Source: a virus
Taxonomy: Duplodnaviria; Caudoviricetes
Reading direction: 5' to 3' (one strand)
IMG/VR virus record: IMGVR_UViG_2596583600_000002
Span: 14,752 to 78,751 of that record
DNA: 64,000 nt
The notes beneath the pieces were generated by a model. That model saw only the letters and a program-made list of their open reading frames with translations, was not told the origin of the DNA and did no database searches. Numbering within the stretch: the first letter of the stretch is position 1; each line of letters begins with the position of its first letter. Shown here piece by piece: positions 36,599 through 45,002 of this stretch. Made by a program: the position numbers and the translations under genes.

Positions 36599-36898
36599 AT
36601 GGCCCACATCTGGAAAGCTGGCGATCTGGCACGGTGCGTCATTGATGACGACTGCCCTATCTTCCCAACCAGCAGCCGCCGGGTAAAGGGCGCTGTTTAT
36701 CGTGTAATGGACGTGAAGACCATCAACGATGTCTACGGCAACCCGGTGGTCGGATTGAAGATGGATCGGCACAATCCGGTTCATCCGGTCACCGGCAAGA
36801 AAGGCTATAGCAGCCACATTTGCTTCCGTCCCATCCTCCCCGCTGAACCTGCCTTCACCGAAGCCATGCGCCACCTGCGCCCCAAGGTGGAGGCATAG
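36599..36898 (+). CDS. hypothetical phage protein
   Basis: GGAGG RBS; WKAGDLARCV. Confidence 0.65.
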   Translation: MAHIWKAGDLARCVIDDDCPIFPTSSRRVKGAVYRVMDVKTINDVYGNPVVGLKMDRHNPVHPVTGKKGYSSHICFRPILPAEPAFTEAMRHLRPKVEA

Positions 36899-37087
36899 AT
36901 GCGCCCGGATCGCACTTCCGAAGAGGAACGCGACTTCCTCCGCTATTACGCCCGCGTACTGCTGCGTGAGGCAAAGGCGCGTCGTGGGACTGCGTTCGCG
37001 CACATTCTCATGGCTGGTGCCGCTCGCGCCCGCCGCGAAGCTATGTCCATCCGTCCGGCTCAGGCCGATCTGTTCGGAGGGATATAG
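36899..37087 (+). CDS. hypothetical phage protein
   Basis: GGAGG RBS; ends QADLF. Confidence 0.6.
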   Translation: MRPDRTSEEERDFLRYYARVLLREAKARRGTAFAHILMAGAARARREAMSIRPAQADLFGGI

Positions 37088-37319
37088 GCGATGCAGCACC
37101 CTTCGCGCGGCCTCACCGAGTGTGATTTCACCGCCGATGACATCGCGGTCATGGCTGAACGCCGGTTCGGCTGGGAAGATGCTTCCTGCGCCACGCTCGC
37201 GCTGATCTTCGGCACCACGCCGCAGCATGTCGCGGCCCTCACCAATTCCTTCCGCACCGGGCACGGCCACAATCCGGCCCGGTGCGGTTCTGATTTCCTT
37301 TCTTGCCATGAGGTTATCC

Positions 37320-37991
37320 ATGGAATCCGTTAAACTTGGTCCAATCAGCAAAGCGATAAAATCTGGCAAAACTTATCTGGATTATGTCGAAGAGTGTCGC
37401 CATCGCCGTGCTCAAAAGCCACGTGCCAGGGCGTTCAAGCCTAGAGGGGCTTATCGCAAACGGTCGCATCCTGTCCTGATTTCGGTCTGCAAAGGCATCG
37501 CAACCTTCGAGGCCAACGCCCAAAGACAATTCATAGTGGATGTAACCGACATCCCATTGGTTTCCAGATTGGGAGTTTTTTCGGACGGCATTCGGCTGAT
37601 TGTCAAAGTCGGCGATCGCCGGACCATGTTGGCCCGCATACTGCTTGACGCTCCCGCAAGCTCTTGGGTTGATCACATAAATGGCGACCCGACAGACAAT
37701 CGCCGCGACAATCTCAGGCTGTGCAATCCCCAACAAAATGCGAGGAATATGGGCGTTCGTCGTGACATTGGCAGCCTTCAATCGCGATTCAAAGGCGTGT
37801 GCCGGATTGGTAAAAAATGGCGGGCTTACATCTACTTGAACAAGAGACAGGCGCACCTTGGTACCTTCGCCGATGAGGTGATGGCAGCGCGCGCCTATGA
37901 CGCAGCAGCGAGAGCCCACTTCGGCTCCTTCTGCTGCGTGAACTTCCCTGAAAATGGCGAACAATCTGCACATCGTGGGGAGGATAAGTAA
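37320..37991 (+). CDS. HNH endonuclease with AP2 domain
   Basis: VDHINGDPTDNRRDNLR.C...N..N, SRFKGV...KWRAYI...HLGTF...AARAYD. Confidence 0.9.
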   Translation: MESVKLGPISKAIKSGKTYLDYVEECRHRRAQKPRARAFKPRGAYRKRSHPVLISVCKGIATFEANAQRQFIVDVTDIPLVSRLGVFSDGIRLIVKVGDRRTMLARILLDAPASSWVDHINGDPTDNRRDNLRLCNPQQNARNMGVRRDIGSLQSRFKGVCRIGKKWRAYIYLNKRQAHLGTFADEVMAARAYDAAARAHFGSFCCVNFPENGEQSAHRGEDK

Positions 37992-38488
37992 TGTTGCGAA
38001 GCAGCAATGTCTTGCCGCGCCCAATCGCGCTCACACAAACTTCTATGCAGAACGCGGTCGCCAGCATCGTGAAGGGCATCCAGTCCGACACTGGTGAAAG
38101 CGATCAGGATACGGCGGATCGCCTTGGCGTTTCGGCGGGCACCATCGCCAATGCGCGCAATGGCAAGGCGTCTTTGTCCATGCTGACGGTCATGAAGATC
38201 GGTGAGGTCTATGGCCTCGAACGTCTCGCGCCCCTGTTCCACCTGATCGGCGGCAAGCTGGCTCCAGAGGCGGCGGTCTGCACGTCCGATCGCGACCTGC
38301 CTATCGGAGCGGCGCGAGGGCAAATGTTCCTTGCCGAGGCGCTGGCGGACAACCGGATTGACGATACCGAACTGGCGAAGGGCGCGGAGGATATCGAAGC
38401 GGCGGGTCAAGTGTTCGATGCTCTGCGCTATCGGCTGAATGTCCTGCGCGCGTCGGGGATCATCGTTACTCGCATGGGAGGGCGGTGA
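37991..38488 (+). CDS. CII-like HTH regulator
   Basis: DTADRLGVSAGTIANARN; ALADNRIDDTE. Confidence 0.6.
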   Translation: MLRSSNVLPRPIALTQTSMQNAVASIVKGIQSDTGESDQDTADRLGVSAGTIANARNGKASLSMLTVMKIGEVYGLERLAPLFHLIGGKLAPEAAVCTSDRDLPIGAARGQMFLAEALADNRIDDTELAKGAEDIEAAGQVFDALRYRLNVLRASGIIVTRMGGR

Positions 38489-38670
38489 TGAACACGGAAA
38501 CCGCGCTCAAGGAAGCCGGACGGAAGGCGGGCGGCGACCGCCCTCCCATCACGGCGCAGGAACAGGACCGCATCGTGGAGATGCTGCGCACCATGCCCAT
38601 AGCCGATGTGCGGAGGCAATCGCGCCGCCCCTATTCGACGCTTTGTAAGATTGCGAGGGTGGCGCTGTGA
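38488..38670 (+). CDS. small HTH-like protein
   Basis: GGAGG RBS; coupled to the upstream gene. Confidence 0.5.
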   Translation: MNTETALKEAGRKAGGDRPPITAQEQDRIVEMLRTMPIADVRRQSRRPYSTLCKIARVAL

Positions 38671-38797
38671 GTATCCTGACCCTCACCCGCGATATGGCGG
38701 TCAATCCGGCCCTGTTCGACCTCACCCTACATGTCTGGCGCAACCGGATGCGCGCCACTGTGACGAAACGCGACCAGGCAGGGAGGTTTTCCCGGTG

Positions 38798-38992
38798 ATG
38801 AGACAACGCATCCAGAAAAACGACGCCATCACCGTTGCGGCGGCGCGGTCGCAATTGAAGCTGCTGCTCGCCAATGCCCGGTCGCTGGACAATCTGACGC
38901 CCGAGATACTGGTGCGGTCCTACCGCGTTCCCTTGCGCGAAATTGAATATGAACTGGTCATGGAACGCCAACGCCGGGAGGCGCGAGGCTGA
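38798..38992 (+). CDS. hypothetical phage protein
   Basis: GGAGG RBS; TGATG coupling to the next gene. Confidence 0.55.
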   Translation: MRQRIQKNDAITVAAARSQLKLLLANARSLDNLTPEILVRSYRVPLREIEYELVMERQRREARG

Positions 38993-39351
38993 TGGCGCAG
39001 AGCGAAATCCAGATTCAAACATTGTTTCGCAGCCGGGCGCGCATCCTGTGTCCAGGCGTCGCCATAGTCGCTGTGCCCAATGCCGCGAAACGCTCGCGTT
39101 GGGCTGCGACGCAGGTGAAGCGTGAAGGGCTGGCGACAGGTTTCCCCGACCTCATTTGCTTCTGGTTCGGTGGCGGGGTGGCGGCAATCGAGTTCAAGAG
39201 CGCCAAGGGCCGCCTGACTGAAAACCAGTCGGAATGGATCGAGCGGCTCAACGACATGAGCATCCCGGCAACCGTCGCGCGCGATCCTGACGCCGCGCTG
39301 GAGTTTCTGCGCGGACAGGGCGCGCCGTTCATTGGAAGGATTTCAGCATGA
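38992..39351 (+). CDS. VRR-NUC nuclease
   Basis: AVPN...EGLATGFPDL...IEFKSAKGRLTENQ. Confidence 0.88.
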   Translation: MAQSEIQIQTLFRSRARILCPGVAIVAVPNAAKRSRWAATQVKREGLATGFPDLICFWFGGGVAAIEFKSAKGRLTENQSEWIERLNDMSIPATVARDPDAALEFLRGQGAPFIGRISA

Positions 39352-39602
39352 CAGGCGTTGGCCACAATTCGAACGCAACCGATGATCGCCTGCGGCTCCT
39401 GATGGAGCGGATCGACCGCCTCGAAGAGGAAAAGAAAGGTATCAGCGATGACATCCGCGATGTTTACGCGGAAGCGAAGGGCGTCGGCTATGACACCAAG
39501 ATCATGCGCGCCGTCCGGTCCCGCGCGAAGATGGGTGAAAATGGCCGCGAAGAATATGACGCGCTGGTCGCGGCCTATGAAGCTGCATTGGGCGTCGCAT
39601 AG
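39348..39602 (+). CDS. DUF2312 / GapR-like DNA-binding protein
   Basis: DRLRLLMERIDRLEEEKKGISDDIRDVYAEAKGVGYD. Confidence 0.9.
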   Translation: MTGVGHNSNATDDRLRLLMERIDRLEEEKKGISDDIRDVYAEAKGVGYDTKIMRAVRSRAKMGENGREEYDALVAAYEAALGVA

Positions 39603-39604
39603 CC

Positions 39605-40483
39605 GTGAGTGTCCACGAAGCGATATCAGACTTTCTCGCATTCATGCGCGCGGAAGGCGTCTCCCCGGACGATGCCACTGCGTTCATTGGCGATGTCACG
39701 TCTGGCGAGGTGGTCCGTTTCGATTGCGTGGGCGAACGGCGCGGCAGCAAGAATGGATGGGCGAAGCTCTATCTCGACGCCCGCCCCGCAGGCGCTTTCG
39801 GCAATTGGAAGCAGGGGATCAACCGCCGCTGGTCTTCTGGCGCGGCCAATGAGCTATCTCCGCAGGAGCGGGCGTCCCTGCGCCGCGAATGGGACGACAA
39901 GAAGGCCGAGCGAGAGGCGATCCGCAGGGAGGCGCAATTCGGTGCGGGACGGGATGCCGGGCACATCTGGGGCAATGCTGAGGCGGCGTCTCCTGCCCAT
40001 CCCTATGTCCAGCGCAAGCGAATAGATCCGGCACCGCTGCGCCAGACCGGCAGCGACCTCCTGATCCCGATGTTTGATGATGAAGGGCGTCTTTGGAATG
40101 TGCAGCGTATCCTTCCTGACGGGAAAAAGCTCTTCCTCAAGGAAGCGCGGATTGACGGGCTGTTCACCATCATCGGCTCTTTCGCCGGCCATCGGGAAGC
40201 GGTGATCGGTGAGGGATATGCAACCCTGGACGCTGTGCACCAGTCGACCAGCCTTCCTTGTATTGTTGCCTTCAACACGTCCAACCTACCCAAGGTCGCA
40301 CGGATATGGGCGGCGCGAAGGCCGGACCTGAATTTCATTCTCTTTGCCGATGACGACGAGGCCACGGCGCAGAAAATATTGGCAGAGCGCGGGATCTACA
40401 AAAATCCCGGCATCGAAGCGGCAGAGGCCGTTGCAACCGAAATCGGCGCTAAAGTCGCCTACCCGCTCGGAAGGGCCGCATGA
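39605..40483 (+). CDS. Toprim-domain DNA primase
   Basis: GAFGNWK, HPYVQRK, LLIPM...VQRI.PDG.K, IGEGYAT, FADDD. Confidence 0.85.
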   Translation: MSVHEAISDFLAFMRAEGVSPDDATAFIGDVTSGEVVRFDCVGERRGSKNGWAKLYLDARPAGAFGNWKQGINRRWSSGAANELSPQERASLRREWDDKKAEREAIRREAQFGAGRDAGHIWGNAEAASPAHPYVQRKRIDPAPLRQTGSDLLIPMFDDEGRLWNVQRILPDGKKLFLKEARIDGLFTIIGSFAGHREAVIGEGYATLDAVHQSTSLPCIVAFNTSNLPKVARIWAARRPDLNFILFADDDEATAQKILAERGIYKNPGIEAAEAVATEIGAKVAYPLGRAA

Positions 40484-41793
40484 GCGTGGCAGAAAACAGG
40501 GACGCGAACGACGACTTTCTGCAATTTGGCGCGGAATCGATCCGTGCTGCCATAGCTGGCGCGCGCGACACATTGCCGCCATTCGCCCCCTATGCCGAAG
40601 AGGCCGATCCGGACGACGAGGCTCTGCCGGGCGTTCACAGCCCGCACGAATGGTCAGGCAAGACGCCGCCCGTCCGTGAGTTCATCATACCCGGCTGGAT
40701 TGTGCGCGGATCGTGCGGCCTGCTCAGCGGGCAAGAGGGCGTCGGTAAATCCCTGATCGCGCAGCAGATGGCCACATGCGCCGCTGTCGGCCGTAAATTC
40801 CTTGGCCTTGATATCGCCCATTGTCCGGTGATCTATATCACTTGCGAAGACCCCGCAGATGAGTTGTGGCGGCGGCAGGAAGATATCAACAAGTCGCTCG
40901 GCATCAGCATGGCGGACCTGGACGGCCAGTTGCTTCTTGTCTCCCTGAAAGGCCAGATCGGCAACGAACTCGCCGTATTCGACCAGCAGGGCCGGTTGTC
41001 GGTCTCGGCGCGCTACCGGCAAATCGAGAAGCTGGCACTGTCGTTCAATGCGGGCCTGCTGTTCCTCGACAACGCGGCGCACCTTTTCACCGGCAACGAG
41101 AATGCCCGCCATGACGTTGCGGCCTTCCTTGGCCTGCTGGAGCGTCTGTCAGAGGCGATGTCAGGCGCGGTTGTGCTGCTCGCCCACCCCAACAAGCAGC
41201 ATGCTCAGGGGGCCAAGCAGGGCAACGAATATAGCGGCTCCACAGGCTGGAGTGCGCATGTCCGCAACCGGCTGTTTCTCGACTGGGCCGAAAAAACCGA
41301 GGACGGTGATTTCATCGGCGACGATGGGCGCGTCCTGCGGAAGTCCAAGGCGAACTATGGCAAGAAAGGAGAGGAAATCTACTTCCGGTGGCATGAGTGG
41401 GCGTTCGTCCGCGACGATGACCTGCCGACCTCTACCCGCGATGAATTGCGCGAGGTGAGCCGGGCCAACCATGAGAATGAAGCATTCCTGATGTGCCTGA
41501 AGCAGCGCAACAGTGAAAAACGCCCCGTGTCTGAACAGCCAGCATCACGAACCTACGCACCGAAAGTCTTCGAAACCATGCCTGAAGCGCGTGGCTGCAC
41601 GAAGGAGCAACTGACGGCGGCGATGGACCGGCTGTTCCGGATCGAGGCTATCGAGCGTCGTTTTCTGTGGGTCGATAAGGGGGAAGGCAAGCCGCGATTT
41701 GGCCTCGCTGAGGTAGCAAAACGAACCGATTTGGTTTCCGCTGACCTCCCGCCGACCTCCCCTGATTTTCCGCTGACCTCGGAGGAAAACTAA
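40480..41793 (+). CDS. RepA-type (AAA_25) replicative helicase
   Basis: GQEGVGKS, LFLDN, LLAHPNK, YSGSTGW, KANYG. Confidence 0.88.
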   Translation: MSVAENRDANDDFLQFGAESIRAAIAGARDTLPPFAPYAEEADPDDEALPGVHSPHEWSGKTPPVREFIIPGWIVRGSCGLLSGQEGVGKSLIAQQMATCAAVGRKFLGLDIAHCPVIYITCEDPADELWRRQEDINKSLGISMADLDGQLLLVSLKGQIGNELAVFDQQGRLSVSARYRQIEKLALSFNAGLLFLDNAAHLFTGNENARHDVAAFLGLLERLSEAMSGAVVLLAHPNKQHAQGAKQGNEYSGSTGWSAHVRNRLFLDWAEKTEDGDFIGDDGRVLRKSKANYGKKGEEIYFRWHEWAFVRDDDLPTSTRDELREVSRANHENEAFLMCLKQRNSEKRPVSEQPASRTYAPKVFETMPEARGCTKEQLTAAMDRLFRIEAIERRFLWVDKGEGKPRFGLAEVAKRTDLVSADLPPTSPDFPLTSEEN

Positions 41794-41913
41794 GAAAATG
41801 CTTATTTTTCAAACCGCTGACCTAAAACAGGCAATTCCCGCTGACCTCCCGCCGACGTACCGCCGACGTACCGCTGACCTCCCGCCGACCTCCCCCTCCC
41901 CCTATAGGGGGAG
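41738..41913. repeat. iteron array CCGC(T/C)GAC(C/G)T x9 plus palindrome; putative replication origin
   Basis: copies at 41738, 41749, 41770, 41814, 41838, 41849, 41860, 41871, 41882; CTCCCCCTATAGGGGGAG follows. Confidence 0.7.
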
Positions 41914-42175
41914 TTCCTTGGGGTCACTCCCCTCTGGGGGAACAAGCCTCACCCATAACAACCTCCGCACCCTAGCCCGCGAACGCTGGGAGCAGGCCAC
42001 GGCCTATCGCGTCGGGATCATCGCTGGTGAGTTAGGCGTGGTGATGGTCAACCCATATCGCGGCAGGCAGGCAGCGCATTACCGGCAGGGACTTCGACGG
42101 GGCAAAGCACGACCCGCAAGCCTCAGCCCGCGAGCGGCGGGGAATATGAGGTTAATTTCTCAGGAGTGAGGGAGG

Positions 42176-42832
42176 GTGGTGATGAGAGAGATTGAGCGCA
42201 GCCGGGGCAGACCGCCAGTGGCGCGGGCAAGGGTGCTGAACTACTGGCGTAAGCATGGGCCTTGCAGCATCGGGAAAATGATGCGTTTGACTGGCCTGGA
42301 AAGGTCGCAGATCAAACGCATCCTGTTGCAGGAAAGTGGAGGATTTGATAGGGTTTTGCGCATGGAATTGACGGATTCAGAGCGATCTAAGTTTCAGGAT
42401 AAAGTGGACAAGGCCCCTGGCCATGGACCTGATGGAAATTGTTGGATTTGGACTGGCTCATTTGGAGAATCCGGCTACCCCCGATGCTCGGTTGGGGGGC
42501 GCGCGTTTCAGGCGAGCCATATCGCCCTTGCGATAGAGGGTAATCCTCGTCCAGAAGGGTTGTTGGCGCTTCATTCATGCGACCACAAGCCATGTGTTAA
42601 TCCGGCGCATCTTCGCTGGGGAACGGATAGCGAGAACCAGCGGGACCATTTCGAGCGGGGCCAGCGTGGCGCGCATTGGCTGCCTGAGCGCGTTGTCCAT
42701 GAAATACACCAGAGCGGCGAACGGAATATCGACATCGCGCGTAGACTGGGTCTTTCTCCATCAGCCATCTGCAATATCCGCAAAGGGCGCTACCACAGGC
42801 ATATTTTTGAGCAATATTGCCTCGTGCCTTAA
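42176..42832 (+). CDS. HTH-HNH endonuclease fusion
   Basis: N-terminal GRPP...HTH; CWIWTG, LHSCDHKPCVNPAHL..GT..EN..D; C-terminal HTH. Confidence 0.8.
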   Translation: MVMREIERSRGRPPVARARVLNYWRKHGPCSIGKMMRLTGLERSQIKRILLQESGGFDRVLRMELTDSERSKFQDKVDKAPGHGPDGNCWIWTGSFGESGYPRCSVGGRAFQASHIALAIEGNPRPEGLLALHSCDHKPCVNPAHLRWGTDSENQRDHFERGQRGAHWLPERVVHEIHQSGERNIDIARRLGLSPSAICNIRKGRYHRHIFEQYCLVP

Positions 42833-42861
42833 CTTAACCGCATGCTGTAACTGGTTGGCCC

Positions 42862-43305
42862 ATGTCCGTGGGCCGCCCTTCGTCGTTCAAGCCAGAGTTT
42901 GTTGAGCAAGCTCGAAAGCTGGCTCAACTTGGGGCAACAGACCGTGAAGCCGCCGAATTTTTCGAAGTCGCGGAAAGCACGCTCTACCTCTGGAAGCATG
43001 TGCATCCTAATTTTTCGGAGGCCTTAAAGGTCGGCAAGGAAGCGGCTGACAATCGGGTTGAGCAATCGCTATATCGCAAAGCTACCGGATACAGCTTCGA
43101 TAGCGAAAAAGTGTTCCAGAACGCGGGCGAGATCATCCGCGCTCCAGTTGTTGAGCATATCCCGCCATCGGATACCGCTGCAATATTCTGGCTAAAGAAC
43201 CGCCGCCCTGATGCATGGCGCGATAAGCAGGATGTCGTCCACGATGTAACGGACAGCATGGCGGATGCGATCATCAGCGCGCGCAAGCGGTCGGGCCTGT
43301 CATGA
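42862..43305 (+). CDS. terminase small subunit
   Basis: GRPS.F..E, LGATD.E.A.FF.V, PSDTAAIFWLKNRRP..WRDK. Confidence 0.88.
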   Translation: MSVGRPSSFKPEFVEQARKLAQLGATDREAAEFFEVAESTLYLWKHVHPNFSEALKVGKEAADNRVEQSLYRKATGYSFDSEKVFQNAGEIIRAPVVEHIPPSDTAAIFWLKNRRPDAWRDKQDVVHDVTDSMADAIISARKRSGLS

Positions 43306-44774
43306 CGCCAGCGGACAAGATGCTCGCGGAGGACATGGCCGCATTTTACAGCGACCCTCTAGCGTTCGTCTACTATGCCTTTTCGTGGGGCGAAGGCGAG
43401 CTTGAGAAATGGGATGGCCCTGACGAGTGGCAGACCGAGTTCCTGACAGAGCTTCGTGACGCGATCCGCAAGCGCGAAGAGGGTGACGTTATCAAGATGG
43501 CCGTGAAGTCGGGGCGCGGCCCCGGCAAGAGCGCGGTCATCGCGTGGCTGGTGCTATGGCTGATGTCCACGCGGCCCAATTTCTCTGGCGTCGTCACCGC
43601 CAACACGGGCGATCAGCTTGATACCAAGACATGGCGCGAAGTGGCGCTGTGGTGGAACAGGGCGATCAATCGTCACTGGTTCGAGTGGACCGCGACGAAG
43701 ATCGTCCATGTCGAGCAGCCCGAAACGTGGAAGGTCGTGGCGCAGAAGTGGAGCGAGCATAAGCCCGACGCCTTTGGCGGCCTGCATAATGGCGGGCGCG
43801 GACAATGCACGATCATGGATGAGGGATCAGGCATCCCGGAAAGCATCTTCTCGGTTGCCGAGGCCACGAACACCGACCCTGACAGCTTCCTCTTCACCTT
43901 CGGCAACCCGATGAAGAAGGCGAGCTATTTCTATCAGATATTCACGCGCTTTCGCCATCGCTGGCTGACCATGACGGTGGACACGCGCCGCGCCAAGGCC
44001 GCGAACCAGAAGCAGATCGCCGACATGATCGAGGACTGGGGCCTCAGCAGCGATCATGTCCGCGTCAATGTGCTGGGTGAGTTTCCAGAGACGGACGCGG
44101 ACACGCTGATCCCGCTGCACCTGATGGAGAGCGCAGCCCGGCGTGAGGTGGATAAGGCCGCGATCAATGCGGTCAGGCCGATATGGGGCCTTGATCCCGC
44201 CCGCTTTGGCGATGACCGCACCGCGCTGGCGAAAAGGCGGGGCCGCGCTCTGCTGGAGCCTGTGCAGTCCTGGCGCAATCTCGACACCATGCAGACCGCT
44301 GGGCGGGTCAAGGCGCTCTATGACGAGACGCCGCCTGCTGAGCAGCCTTCGCATATCGTGGTCGATACCATCGGGATCGGATCCGGCGTGGCGGATCGCA
44401 TGCGGGAGATGGGCCTGCCGGTGTTCATGCTGAACGTGTCGGAGCGCCCCAGCGTGGACGGCAAATTCGCCAAGCTGCGCGATGAACTGTGGTGGAAGGC
44501 GCGTCAGTGGTTCGAGGGGCTGGACGTGCAGATGACCGACGCGGCCCTCATGGGCGAAATGGCGGACATTCTCTACGGCTACACGTCGAACGGACAGATC
44601 AAGATCGAAGGCAAAAAGGACACGAAGGAGCGCCTTGGCCGCTCGCCTGACCTTGCAGACGCCTTCATCGGGACATTCGCGGTTCACCCGGTTCAGGTGG
44701 AGCAGACATTTGATCGCTACGAGCGCGCGCGGCGCAGGGCGATGTCATCGGGAGCATCGGCATGGGCGGCGTAA
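43302..44774 (+). CDS. terminase large subunit
   Basis: SGRGPGKS, IMDEGSGI, FGNP, GLDPARFGDD, SPDLADA. Confidence 0.93.
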   Translation: MTPADKMLAEDMAAFYSDPLAFVYYAFSWGEGELEKWDGPDEWQTEFLTELRDAIRKREEGDVIKMAVKSGRGPGKSAVIAWLVLWLMSTRPNFSGVVTANTGDQLDTKTWREVALWWNRAINRHWFEWTATKIVHVEQPETWKVVAQKWSEHKPDAFGGLHNGGRGQCTIMDEGSGIPESIFSVAEATNTDPDSFLFTFGNPMKKASYFYQIFTRFRHRWLTMTVDTRRAKAANQKQIADMIEDWGLSSDHVRVNVLGEFPETDADTLIPLHLMESAARREVDKAAINAVRPIWGLDPARFGDDRTALAKRRGRALLEPVQSWRNLDTMQTAGRVKALYDETPPAEQPSHIVVDTIGIGSGVADRMREMGLPVFMLNVSERPSVDGKFAKLRDELWWKARQWFEGLDVQMTDAALMGEMADILYGYTSNGQIKIEGKKDTKERLGRSPDLADAFIGTFAVHPVQVEQTFDRYERARRRAMSSGASAWAA

Positions 44775-45002
44775 ATGGCTGACGAAACAGACTGGAACGC
44801 GCTCAGGCAGCGTTGTGCGGACAATGCAACCGAACTGGTTCTGCGCGTCGAGACGATGGACGGTGAATATCGCTTCTCGCTCGCGGCTGTGGATCGTGAC
44901 GGCAAGATCATGTGGGACAATCGGGCCAACGATGAGGGCCATGCGCCGCAGCATATCGTCACGCAGCTTGTCACGTCTGCGCTGGAAAGGTGGTGGGTGT
45001 AA
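44775..45002 (+). CDS. hypothetical protein
   Basis: fills the terL-portal gap exactly. Confidence 0.55.
   Translation: MADETDWNALRQRCADNATELVLRVETMDGEYRFSLAAVDRDGKIMWDNRANDEGHAPQHIVTQLVTSALERWWV

Noticed and set aside
41738-41891. Short repeats as a CRISPR array
   Set aside because: 10-bp units without unique spacers; iteron-like
41798-42169. 123-aa ORF after the helicase
   Set aside because: The N-terminal half is just translated iterons (ADLPPT repeats); only the 3' part might code, and support is insufficient
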